Positions 19,600 to 28,210 of a DNA stretch of 51,469 nucleotides are shown here, piece by piece (positions within the stretch are counted from its first letter, which is position 1; the number at the start of each line of letters is the position of its first letter). The notes beneath the pieces are model-generated. The model did not search any database and was not told the DNA's origin. It was given only the letters and a program-made list of their open reading frames with translations. The position numbers were made by a program, and so were the translations under genes. This DNA is from an uncultured Rhizobium sp. (GTDB taxonomy: Bacteria > Pseudomonadota > Alphaproteobacteria > Rickettsiales > UBA1997), in NCBI GenBank assembly GCA_964452075.1, contig CAYVKI010000002.1:1-51469 (forward strand). Reading direction: 5' to 3'.

Positions 19600-20193
19600 A
19601 TGAAAATAATACTAATTTCCACCGTTGCCAATTTAGGTAGAATCGGAGACGTTGTGGAAGTAAAAAGCGGATACGCTAAGAATTTTTTGATCCCAAGCAA
19701 AAAGGCAATTTGCTTTACCGAAAATAGCTTCAAAATTTTTGAATCAAAGAAGCAAGAGTTTGAGCAAATAAACCAAAATAACTTACAATCTGCTGAAAAA
19801 CTTCAAAGAAGTCTTGTTGGTAAAGATATAGTAATTATCAAAAACGCATCTGACGATGGTAGGCTTTATGGCTCAGTTACTTCATCTGATATCGCTGCCA
19901 AAATTAATGAATTATCTGGATCAAAAAATATTTCTCGTTCCGATATATTTTTAAAGAAGCCAATTAAAGAAATTGGTTTGTATCAAGTTATTGTTTCTCC
20001 GCATTCTGAAGTTAATTGCGAAGTGCGCTTGATTGTTAGCAGAAGCGAATCTGAGATTAGCGCATTACTTGAAGCTGAAAAAAAATCTAATAAAAAATCT
20101 TCTTCTAAATCAGAAGAGCCTGAGTCAGAAATTCAGGAAAAGATCGAAGAAGAAAAGCCAGCAAGAAAAAAATCTAAAAAAAGCGCAGAATAA
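19600..20193 (+). CDS. rplI: 50S ribosomal protein L9 with acidic/Lys-rich C-terminal tail
   Basis: MKIILISTVANLGRIGDVVEVKSGYAKNFLIP is canonical L9. It completes the rpsF-rpsR-rplI operon. Confidence 0.9.
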   Translation: MKIILISTVANLGRIGDVVEVKSGYAKNFLIPSKKAICFTENSFKIFESKKQEFEQINQNNLQSAEKLQRSLVGKDIVIIKNASDDGRLYGSVTSSDIAAKINELSGSKNISRSDIFLKKPIKEIGLYQVIVSPHSEVNCEVRLIVSRSESEISALLEAEKKSNKKSSSKSEEPESEIQEKIEEEKPARKKSKKSAE

Positions 20194-20217
20194 ACTCTGC
20201 AAAACTTAAAAGACTGA

Positions 20218-20257
20218 CTCACAAAATATTATCAAAAGATATTTTGTGAGTTTTTTT
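20218..20257 (+). terminator. Rho-independent terminator after rplI
   Basis: A 12-bp stem ctcacaaaatat/atattttgtgag is followed by T7. Confidence 0.7.
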
Positions 20258-20406
20258 ATGTTTTTTGGCTATTCACAACCCTTCTTGGAATCTTTTATTA
20301 CTAACGACCTTAATCCTACTTAACTACAATTAAGGAATTGTTTTTCCCTTACTCTCAAATTATACCAAAATTTTAGAATTTTTTATTAATTTGTTGTTTT
20401 GATTTA

Positions 20407-20546
20407 CCTCTCACCCCTACCCTCTCCTCAAGGGGAGAGGGAGCTATTACGATTTCGATTTAAATCCCTTTCCACACTTGTGGGAGCAAGATTAAGCTCG
20501 GTTTAAACTTCCCCTCCCCTTGAAGGAGAGGGTTTAAGGTGAGGGG
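20407..20546. repeat. GC-rich double-hairpin palindromic element (family 2)
   Basis: Two related hairpins, ccctctcc-tcaagg-ggagaggg (20420-20441) and ccctcccc-ttgaa-ggagaggg (about 20511-20532), are bracketed by imperfect inverted ends containing ctcacc/ggtgag. The element stands out sharply against the AT-rich background. Confidence 0.5.
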
Positions 20547-20576
20547 CAAATTCTTTAGAAAGAGTAGACGCTGTTC

Positions 20577-21152
20577 TTAAACGTTATTAGGGTTGCTTAG
20601 AAAATTTTCTATCTCTTCGATTGAGAATTCCTGCAAATTACCTTTAAATCGCATTATAACATTTCCTCTTTTGTCAACAATAACGCTTTCCGGAACCGCC
20701 TCTAATCCGATCATTTTGGTAAAAAGTCCTCGACCATCTTTTGCAACTTTTGTGTAAGGATTTCCCTCTTTTTCCAAAAAACTTTTGGTATTTACATCAA
20801 TGTCATGCCAAGCAACTCCGTATATATCAATAATTTTTTTACTCTTCAAAGCTAATAGGATATCATGTTCAGCGCGACATGTTGTACACCAAGAGGCAAA
20901 AAAATTAATCAGTGAAAATTTACCGATTAAATCTTTTTTTGAAAATTCCGCCTTTTCATCAAAAAGATCTGGTAGAGAAAATTCTGGTAAAGAAATATTA
21001 GTTTTAACAAAGTGTATTCCCGAGTCTTCGGGGTTAGATTCTGCAACATTTTCCTGCTCTGTTGCCGATTCTTTTTGACTAAGATTATAGGTGGAAAGCC
21101 CGATCAATCCCATCAAAAATACCAACACCAGAAATGGTAAAAATTTTTTCAT
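20577..21152 (-). CDS. ccmG: thiol:disulfide oxidoreductase, CcmG/DsbE-TlpA family
   Basis: An N-terminal anchor [19 protein letters not shown], the active site WCTTC and a [12 protein letters not shown] motif resemble CcmG. I chose the start at M27 of the track ORF. Confidence 0.65.
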   Translation of the reverse strand: MKKFLPFLVLVFLMGLIGLSTYNLSQKESATEQENVAESNPEDSGIHFVKTNISLPEFSLPDLFDEKAEFSKKDLIGKFSLINFFASWCTTCRAEHDILLALKSKKIIDIYGVAWHDIDVNTKSFLEKEGNPYTKVAKDGRGLFTKMIGLEAVPESVIVDKRGNVIMRFKGNLQEFSIEEIENFLSNPNNV

Positions 21153-21162
21153 ATTTTCTAAA

Positions 21163-22272
21163 ATGATTAGTGATTTTTCGTTCAAATTAAAAAGCGCAGA
21201 AAAGAAAGCAAGGCGCGGAGAATTGACCACAGCGCATGGCTCAATTCAAACTCCCGCCTTTATGCCTGTTGGAACCGCAGCAACTGTTAAAGCGGTAAAA
21301 TTTTCTGATGTAAAAAAATCAGGCGCGGAAATTATTTTGGGCAACACTTATCACTTAATGTTGAGACCAACAGCCGAATTAATCGAGGAGCTCGGCGGCT
21401 TGCACAAATTCATGAATTGGAACAAGCCAATTCTCACTGATTCTGGCGGATTTCAAGTAATGTCGCTTTCAAAAATCAGAAAAATTTCTGACGAAGGAGT
21501 TGAGTTTTCATCGCATATTGATGGCTCAAAACACTTTGTTTCGCCCGAACGATCAATTGAAATTCAACACAAATTGGGTAGCGACATCACGATGATTTTT
21601 GACGAATGCGTTGAATTTCCAGCCAGTTTTGAGCGCGCAAAAGATGCAATGGAGCGTTCTCTTCTTTGGGCAGCGAGATCAAAAGCAGCATTTCAAAAAC
21701 GCGTTGGCTACGGAATTTTTGGCATTGTTCAAGGCTCAACTTTTAGAAATTTGCGCGAAATTTCTGCACAAGAATTAATTAAAATCGACTTTGATGGCTA
21801 CGCGCTCGGCGGCTTAGCGGTTGGCGAAGGGCAAAAAGAAATGTTCGAAGTTTTAGATTACGCCCCAGATTTACTTCCAACCGACAAACCCCGCTACTTG
21901 ATGGGAGTTGGAAAGCCATCTGACATCGTCGGCGCAGTTTTACGCGGAATTGATATGTTTGATTGCGTAATGCCAACCAGATCGGGGCGCACTGGGCAAG
22001 CGTTTACCAACTCAGGAACAATCAACATACGAAATGCAAAATATAAAAATGACAACAAGCCTTTAGATGAAAATTGCGATTGCTGCGCCTGCCAAAACCA
22101 CAGCCGCGCTTATTTGCATCACTTAGATAAATCAAAAGAAATTCTTGCCGCAATGCTGCTTTCTGAACATAATATTTTTTATTATCAGAGTTTAATGCGT
22201 GAAATTCGTAAGCGAATTGAAGAGGGAACTTTTAGTGAATTTGCTGAGAAGTTTTTGAGGGAAGAAGAATAA
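21163..22272 (+). CDS. tgt: queuine tRNA-ribosyltransferase
   Basis: [32 protein letters not shown], the GLAVGE motif and the zinc-site pattern CDCCAC...H are present. I chose the start at MISDFSF. Confidence 0.9.
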   Translation: MISDFSFKLKSAEKKARRGELTTAHGSIQTPAFMPVGTAATVKAVKFSDVKKSGAEIILGNTYHLMLRPTAELIEELGGLHKFMNWNKPILTDSGGFQVMSLSKIRKISDEGVEFSSHIDGSKHFVSPERSIEIQHKLGSDITMIFDECVEFPASFERAKDAMERSLLWAARSKAAFQKRVGYGIFGIVQGSTFRNLREISAQELIKIDFDGYALGGLAVGEGQKEMFEVLDYAPDLLPTDKPRYLMGVGKPSDIVGAVLRGIDMFDCVMPTRSGRTGQAFTNSGTINIRNAKYKNDNKPLDENCDCCACQNHSRAYLHHLDKSKEILAAMLLSEHNIFYYQSLMREIRKRIEEGTFSEFAEKFLREEE

Positions 22273-22296
22273 GGTTTTAAAATGTTTTGTGAATTA

Positions 22297-22378
22297 GACC
22301 CCGTCATGCGACGGGGGGACAAACGAGAGTTTTGAGATTGTTGTCTTCACCCCGTCGCACGACGGTGCTTGTACCAAA
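22297..22378. repeat. hairpin family 1, tandem pair (one intact, one decayed)
   Basis: An intact hairpin ccccgtc-atgc-gacgggg lies at 22299-22316. A degraded copy caccccgtc-gcac-gacggtg lies at 22348-22367. A terminal gtaccaaag resembles the end of the 3961 element. Confidence 0.55.
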
Positions 22379-22385
22379 GAAAAAT

Positions 22386-22679
22386 TTACCTTAGTCTTTT
22401 ATCGTCTTCAGCCCAAGTGACAGCTTTTCCATAGCGCACCAAAATTATTTTTTTACTCCAAAGAGTTTTGTAAGAATAAAAGTAATCTGTGGTTTTGTGA
22501 AAATTACAGCCAAAAAGTTTTTTGGCTTTTGCATCGCTCAAATGCTCACGAAAAACTCCCAAACTATTATAATAATCTTCCGCCTGACTTCGTGTATATT
22601 CACTTGGAATTGAGCAATATCTACCATCGATTGAATAGCAGGAAGAGATTAGAAAAAACAAAACTAAATATATTTTCAT
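22386..22679 (-). CDS. small hypothetical lipoprotein
   Basis: The lipobox LISSC sits at the end of MKIYLVLFFLISSC. It is 97 aa, overlaps the ubiE stop by 4 nt, and has no recognisable family. Confidence 0.55.
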   Translation of the reverse strand: MKIYLVLFFLISSCYSIDGRYCSIPSEYTRSQAEDYYNSLGVFREHLSDAKAKKLFGCNFHKTTDYFYSYKTLWSKKIILVRYGKAVTWAEDDKRLR

Positions 22680-23431
22680 TTCTCGCCCACATGAATTGCA
22701 GCGATTCCGAAAGATAAATTTTTATAGCGAGCATTCTTGAATCCTGCGTCTTCAATCATTTTTTTGAAATCATCTTGGCTTGGAAATTTGCGAATGCTTT
22801 CAACTAAATATTGGTAAGATTCGCGATCTTTTAAAATCACTTCACCAATTTTTGGGATCACTTTAAAAGAGTAAGCGTCGTAAAATTTTTGCAGAAAATA
22901 ATCATTCACTTTCGAAAATTCTAAGCAGATAAATTTTCCACCAGGTTTTAAAACTCGATAGGCTTCCTTCAATGCCAAATCTATGTTGGTGAAGTTTCTA
23001 ATTCCAAAAGCAATTGTAAAAAAATCGAAAGTTTCATTTTCAAAACAAAGCTTTTCTCCGTCGCAGCAGGTGAAAGTTAAATCAGAAAAAAGGTTGAGAT
23101 CGACAGCGCGATTTTTACCAACGTCCAACATTTCTTGATTGATATCTACAATGTCAATTTTGCATTGAGAATTTTTTGCACGAGCTTTTTTTGCAATGCG
23201 AAATGCAATGTCTCCAGTTCCTCCAGCGAGATCAATAACACGAGTTAAATCAGATTTAAGATTAATTTCTTCAATCATTTTATTTTTCCAAATGCGATGA
23301 ACTCCCGCACTCATCAAATCATTCATTAAATCGTATTTCTCGGCGACATTTGAAAAAATCTCTTTGACAAGATTGACCTTCTCTTCACGATTCACCTGTT
23401 TAAATCCAAAATGTGTTTTTTCTTCCTTCAT
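22676..23431 (-). CDS. ubiE: ubiquinone/menaquinone biosynthesis C-methyltransferase
   Basis: MKEEKTHFGFKQV...YDLMNDLMSAGVHRIWK...DLAGGTGD parallels the E. coli UbiE N-terminus. I chose the start at M28 of the track ORF. Confidence 0.9.
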   Translation of the reverse strand: MKEEKTHFGFKQVNREEKVNLVKEIFSNVAEKYDLMNDLMSAGVHRIWKNKMIEEINLKSDLTRVIDLAGGTGDIAFRIAKKARAKNSQCKIDIVDINQEMLDVGKNRAVDLNLFSDLTFTCCDGEKLCFENETFDFFTIAFGIRNFTNIDLALKEAYRVLKPGGKFICLEFSKVNDYFLQKFYDAYSFKVIPKIGEVILKDRESYQYLVESIRKFPSQDDFKKMIEDAGFKNARYKNLSFGIAAIHVGEK

Positions 23432-24473
23432 GCTAAAAACTTCCGATTTTAATTTTGACTTGCCCGACGAACTAATTGCGCAAGAGCCGTTTTTTCCACG
23501 CGAAAAAACCAAGATGTTGACCTTTGATGGTCAGAATATTTCCGATTTACAGGTAATCAACCTCGCTGATTTTTTGCAAGAAGGCGATGTGTTAGTTTTT
23601 AACGACGCCCGAGTTGTAAAAGCAAAATTATCGGCCACTATTTTACGCAACAATGCCAAACTTGAATTTAATTTAGATCAAGAAGAACAAGGCATTTGGA
23701 GCGCGCTTTGCCGCCCTGCAAAAAAAGTTAAAGCTGGAGATTTGTTAGAAATCGCGCCAGATTTTTCTGCAGAAGTTTTAGAAAAAACTGATGACGGATT
23801 TATTAAAATTAAATTTAATCGCTCAGAAAACGACTTACTTGCAAGCCTAGAAAAATATGGCGACGTTCCGCTTCCGCCTTACATAAAACGCGGCGAACAA
23901 AAGCCACAAGACCAGAAAAACTACCAAACAATTTATGCAAATAATGGAGTTGCAGTTGCTGCTCCAACTGCGGGTCTGCATTTTAACGAAAAAATTTTTG
24001 CCACACTTGACGCTAAAAAAATTCAAAAAGTTTTCGTCACTTTAAATGTTGGCGCTGGAACTTTTTTGCCAGTTAGAAGTGATTTATTACAAGATCACAA
24101 AATGCATCGCGAATCTTTTTTTCTTTCACAAGAAGCTGCCGAAACAATTAATGAAGCGAAAAAAAATGGTAAAAAAATTGTTGCCGTTGGCACAACTTCG
24201 CTTCGCGTTCTTGAGTCTTGTTGCGATGAAAATGGCTTTGTAAAGGCGCAAACTTCTGCAACAGAAATTTTTATTTATCCACCTTATCGAGTTAAAACAG
24301 CGGATATTTTAATGACTAATTTTCACTTGCCAAAATCAACTTTATTCATGTTGGTTTCTGCTTTTGTTGGCAAGGAAAATGCGCGCAAAATTTACGCTCA
24401 TGCAATTTCAAAAAAATATCGTTTTTATTCTTACGGAGATAGTTCGCTGTTGTTTAAATCTAAGAAATTTTGA
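23430..24473 (+). CDS. queA: S-adenosylmethionine:tRNA ribosyltransferase-isomerase
   Basis: MLKTSDFNFDLPDELIAQEP...PLPPYIKR...AAPTAGLHF...VGTTSLRVLES...RFYSYGDS is canonical QueA. Confidence 0.9.
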   Translation: MLKTSDFNFDLPDELIAQEPFFPREKTKMLTFDGQNISDLQVINLADFLQEGDVLVFNDARVVKAKLSATILRNNAKLEFNLDQEEQGIWSALCRPAKKVKAGDLLEIAPDFSAEVLEKTDDGFIKIKFNRSENDLLASLEKYGDVPLPPYIKRGEQKPQDQKNYQTIYANNGVAVAAPTAGLHFNEKIFATLDAKKIQKVFVTLNVGAGTFLPVRSDLLQDHKMHRESFFLSQEAAETINEAKKNGKKIVAVGTTSLRVLESCCDENGFVKAQTSATEIFIYPPYRVKTADILMTNFHLPKSTLFMLVSAFVGKENARKIYAHAISKKYRFYSYGDSSLLFKSKKF

Positions 24474-24515
24474 ATTGCGAAAAGTTCGACGAAAAACTTG
24501 ATTTGCAAAGATGCC
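24465..24515. repeat. fragment related to the right end of the relE-MITE family (copy C)
   Basis: Positions 24465-24496 match 51437-51468 at 30/32. The adjacent gatttgcaaagatgcc (24500-24515) matches the MITE right TIR gatttgcgacagtgcc at 12/16. Confidence 0.4.
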
Positions 24516-25208
24516 TTAAAAAACTAAAGTAACCCCAAAAGTCATCCAGTTTTGGTTATTGCCGTTAATGTTGTGACCATAAATTAAGTCAAAAATTAGA
24601 TTATCATTAGTTCGGTAACGCAAACCATATTGAGTTGCTGGACGATTTGGCCCTGTTTTATAAGTTCCATTGGTTTGGAAAATTTCTGGATTGAAAGATA
24701 GTTTTTCAGTGATGTGAACAACACCTCCGACTCCATAATTTAAAAAAGTAATACTTTTATCGTTGCGAAAGGCAGTTCTCCAATTTTGCCAACCTACATA
24801 TAAATCAACATCCAACAGCTTTTCGATTACATTTATGGTGTTTGAGTTATATCCATAATGACCGTAAATTTTTTGATCGGTTGAAGAATAATTAACACCA
24901 ATTGTTGTCGAAGAAGAAATGTTATCACTTTTGTGCCACAAATATTTTACCTGCGGCCATAATGTATTTACAGTTTTTGAGTCGCTATTATAAGTTTCTT
25001 GAATCGCAAATTCAGCGTTTGGCAATAGTTGGTAAGATGGATTGGTAACATAAATATTTTCTCCAGTGCTGCTATGACTATACCAACTTTCAATTTGCAA
25101 TTTATTAGGGTCAGAAATTCCCCCATCATCAACCAAATAAGCTCCAGCAGCAAATACCAACTTCGGTACCAGAAAAAACAATAATGCAAAACATCGGAGT
25201 TTTTTCAA
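24516..25208 (-). CDS. small outer-membrane beta-barrel protein (hypothetical)
   Basis: It has a signal peptide MKKLRCFALLFFLVPKLVFA, alternating amphipathic Tyr/Gly/Asn-rich strands and a C-terminal ...GVTLVF with terminal Phe. Confidence 0.55.
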   Translation of the reverse strand: MKKLRCFALLFFLVPKLVFAAGAYLVDDGGISDPNKLQIESWYSHSSTGENIYVTNPSYQLLPNAEFAIQETYNSDSKTVNTLWPQVKYLWHKSDNISSSTTIGVNYSSTDQKIYGHYGYNSNTINVIEKLLDVDLYVGWQNWRTAFRNDKSITFLNYGVGGVVHITEKLSFNPEIFQTNGTYKTGPNRPATQYGLRYRTNDNLIFDLIYGHNINGNNQNWMTFGVTLVF

Positions 25209-25217
25209 ATTTTAATC

Positions 25218-25769
25218 CTAAAACGAGTTATTTATCCAATAAGGAGTTTCTTTAACTTTTTGCGGGTCAATATGCTGAACACGAATCAGCGAGGTTGACT
25301 CGGACGCGCTTAAATTCTCTTTATGTCCAGCTTTGAGGCGAGAGAGCAGTTTTTCCATTTTTCTGGTTTTTCCTGCCAAATCAGGAGCGTCACTACTAAC
25401 TATTTCTAACTCCTCCTGATCTAAATAAAATTGCACATAGTTGTATGTTGTATGATCTTCAATTCCAGGCAAATTATTTTCTTGAAAATAAAACTCATGC
25501 ACCAGTTTTTCTCCTTCACTATTTCGCCAAGAAACTTTAACCAATCCAAAAAATTCTTTTTTTTCGCTAATGTAAAAAGACTGACTCCGACTATCTCCCG
25601 GATCAAGAGTTGGTAAAGTTAGAAGGTTTTTACCAGCCCAATCGCATTCAATATTTTTGATTATACTTGAACTAGAGTTGCTGAAATAAATCACTGGACT
25701 TTCGATTGTGACGCTGGAGCAAGAACTCAGAATTATGGTCGCCCATAAAATAAAAATTAATTTTAGCAT
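25218..25769 (-). CDS. hypothetical lipoprotein
   Basis: The lipobox ILSSC sits in MLKLIFILWATIILSSC. It is 183 aa and overlaps the upstream GT2 gene by 7 nt. Confidence 0.55.
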   Translation of the reverse strand: MLKLIFILWATIILSSCSSVTIESPVIYFSNSSSSIIKNIECDWAGKNLLTLPTLDPGDSRSQSFYISEKKEFFGLVKVSWRNSEGEKLVHEFYFQENNLPGIEDHTTYNYVQFYLDQEELEIVSSDAPDLAGKTRKMEKLLSRLKAGHKENLSASESTSLIRVQHIDPQKVKETPYWINNSF

Positions 25770-26548
25770 TGCCCTTTTTCCTGGAAAAGTTCGCGCGTTT
25801 TAATAACTTTTGCAAAACGCGAGAATGCAAAAAGATAGCTGTAAATAAGCCCATTAAAACCATAAATAAAATAACGCCTAACAAAATAGGCTTTTAAAAA
25901 AGCTACGGTTGGAGTGAAAAAAGCTTTTAAAAATGATGGGCATTTTCCTTTAGCAAAAGAATCTTTAGCTTGCATCTCTGAGTAGAAATTTATTTTTTCA
26001 ATCCAGTGCGAAAAAGAGCGAAAAGACTGATGAAAAATAATGTTTTTTAACTGCCCAATTTTCTTTGAATTATTGCTGCGAATCTCAACAGAATCATGAA
26101 CTGGGCTATTTTTAAAACCCGCGTATTCTTTGTTGTATAGACGAAGCTGATTGTAAAAATAAGCCAATTTTTTTGGACGCTTTTCGAAGCGAAATTTATT
26201 GACGATTTTTACACGAAATCCACAAAAATTTTCGACCAATTTTTTTTCAAAAATTTCCTGAATTTCCAAAGCAAGCTCTGGAGAAACTTCTTCGTCAGCG
26301 TCAATATTTAAAACCCATTTGTTACGACACTGATTTTCTCCGAAAATTTTCTGCAAACCAAATCCTCGCCATTCATTAAACATCACTTTTGCACCAGCTT
26401 TGGCAGCAATTTCACAGGTTTTATCTTCGCTTCCTGAGTCAATTACCAAAACCTCATCGACAATTTCTTTTATTGCATTTATGACATCTAAAATGCGATC
26501 TTCTTCGTTTTTGGTAATAATAAAAACCGACAGCGGAACTTTTGACAT
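25763..26548 (-). CDS. family 2 glycosyltransferase, WaaE/KdtX-like (LPS core type)
   Basis: LSVFIITKNEEDRI...VLVIDSGSEDKT...GAKV...W.GFGLQK...WVLNIDADEEV matches the short GT2 pattern of LPS-core glycosyltransferases. Confidence 0.75.
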   Translation of the reverse strand: MSKVPLSVFIITKNEEDRILDVINAIKEIVDEVLVIDSGSEDKTCEIAAKAGAKVMFNEWRGFGLQKIFGENQCRNKWVLNIDADEEVSPELALEIQEIFEKKLVENFCGFRVKIVNKFRFEKRPKKLAYFYNQLRLYNKEYAGFKNSPVHDSVEIRSNNSKKIGQLKNIIFHQSFRSFSHWIEKINFYSEMQAKDSFAKGKCPSFLKAFFTPTVAFLKAYFVRRYFIYGFNGLIYSYLFAFSRFAKVIKTRELFQEKGQC

Positions 26549-26645
26549 TATTTTGATTGATTTTTTTCTTAAAAAAATTTTTTTATACTATTCACTTAGT
26601 TAAGTTTTATTTCACTTCAGTCAACTTTTTAAATCAGAAGAAAAT

Positions 26646-27422
26646 ATGAAAAAAAATACTGTAAAACAAATTTATATCGCTGTTGCAGCATTTTTAGTTA
26701 CTAGTTTTATTGCTTACGTAATCTACAATTACGAAAACAAAACCTCGTTTAAATTCGCTTTCAAAGATGAAGTTGCACCAACGCAACAAGAGCAAGATTC
26801 TGTAAATTCTGCCGTAAATTCTGCAGCCGAAAATTTACCCGACGCTCGTCAAAATAGTGAAATTCTAAAAGTTTCTGACTCTGATTTTTCTATTGGAGAT
26901 AAAAATGCTCCAGTTGTGATGATTGAATATGCATCGCTTTCTTGCCCGCATTGCGCTTCATTTGCCCGCGAATCTTTTGAAAAATTAAAATTAGAATTTG
27001 TAGATACTGGCAAGGTAAGATTTATTTTTCGTAGCTTTCCATTAAATCAGGCTGCTCTAGTTGCTGATATGTTTGCAACTTGTCAAGCCAACGCTAATAA
27101 ATCTGAGGCAACCGAAAAATATTTTGCCACAATCAAAGCCTTATATAAAACTCAAGATTCTTGGGCTTTTGACGCGAAATTCTCCGATAAATTAGAAGCA
27201 ATTGCTGGTCTTGACGGCATGAGTTCTGACAAATTCAAAGCTTGTATAAGTGATAAAAAAATGCAGGAACAAAAATTGGTTTCTCGCATGGAGGCGGCAA
27301 AGGTTCTACAACTTAAATCTGCGCCAACATTTTTCATTAATGGCGAAATTTCTGAAGGTTATATCGACTTTGCAACCTTGAAAAACATAATCGAAAAAAA
27401 GCTAACCGAAGCTTCAAAATAA
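26646..27422 (+). CDS. membrane-anchored DsbA/Com1-like thiol:disulfide oxidoreductase
   Basis: It has an N-terminal TM anchor, the thioredoxin-fold active site SCPHC and the cis-Pro region SAPTFFING. Confidence 0.75.
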   Translation: MKKNTVKQIYIAVAAFLVTSFIAYVIYNYENKTSFKFAFKDEVAPTQQEQDSVNSAVNSAAENLPDARQNSEILKVSDSDFSIGDKNAPVVMIEYASLSCPHCASFARESFEKLKLEFVDTGKVRFIFRSFPLNQAALVADMFATCQANANKSEATEKYFATIKALYKTQDSWAFDAKFSDKLEAIAGLDGMSSDKFKACISDKKMQEQKLVSRMEAAKVLQLKSAPTFFINGEISEGYIDFATLKNIIEKKLTEASK

Positions 27423-27437
27423 AAGCCATAAACACAA

Positions 27438-28202
27438 ATGACTTCAAAACTTATCATCACAAATCTCATCAAAAATTTTGGTGAAAAACAGGTTTTGAAA
27501 GGCATTGATTTGGATGTTAAAAAAGGCGAATCAATTGTAATTTTGGGCGGCTCTGGATCTGGAAAATCTGTTCTGATTAAAACAATTGCTACCCTAATTG
27601 AACCAAACTCGGGAAGTATAAAAATAGACGGCAAAGAAGTTGTTGGTCTAAATAATAAAGATCGAGATTTGATGATGGAAAAATTCGGTTTTCTTTTTCA
27701 AGGTGGCGCACTTTTCGACTCTTTGCCGATATGGGAAAACGTTGCTTTTCGTCTTTTAAACCACAAAAAAATTAACAAAAAAGAAGCGCGAGAAATTGCT
27801 ATTTCAAAATTAAAATCTGTTGGATTAAGCGAAAAAACTGCCGATCTTTTTCCGTCAGAACTTTCTGGAGGAATGCAAAAACGCGCTTCTTTGGCTCGAG
27901 CAATTGCCGCAAATCCTGAAATTATTTTCTTTGATGAGCCAACAACTGGGCTTGATCCGATTATGGCAGATGTCATCAATGATTTAATCGTCGCCAACTC
28001 TAAACAGTTGGGAGCAACAACAATTACAATTACTCACGACATGGCGTCGGCGCGCAAAATTGCCGACAAAATTGCCATGCTTTTTGAAGGAAAAATTATT
28101 TGGTTTGGAAGCGTGAAAGACATGTATTCTTCTGGTAACGCTTATCTTGACCAATTCATTCACGGTCGCGCCGAAGGTCCCATTAATTTTCTCTCAAAAT
28201 AA
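27438..28202 (+). CDS. ABC transporter ATP-binding protein, MlaF-like
   Basis: Walker A GGSGSGKS, FGFLFQGGALFDSL, the signature LSGGMQKRASLARA and Walker B IIFFDEPTTGLD are present. No permease gene is adjacent. Confidence 0.85.
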   Translation: MTSKLIITNLIKNFGEKQVLKGIDLDVKKGESIVILGGSGSGKSVLIKTIATLIEPNSGSIKIDGKEVVGLNNKDRDLMMEKFGFLFQGGALFDSLPIWENVAFRLLNHKKINKKEAREIAISKLKSVGLSEKTADLFPSELSGGMQKRASLARAIAANPEIIFFDEPTTGLDPIMADVINDLIVANSKQLGATTITITHDMASARKIADKIAMLFEGKIIWFGSVKDMYSSGNAYLDQFIHGRAEGPINFLSK

Positions 28203-28210
28203 ATCAAAAA

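Noticed and set aside
21091-21230. Long N-terminal extensions proposed by the ORF track for tgt and ccmG, and likewise for ubiE 23512, queA 23364, murG 51363, rpsF 18799, rdgB 39168, rpiB 1003 and virB2-like 3086
   Set aside because: The extensions do not align with the family N-termini. They often start at TTG inside terminators or neighbouring genes. Internal ATGs reproduce the canonical N-termini.
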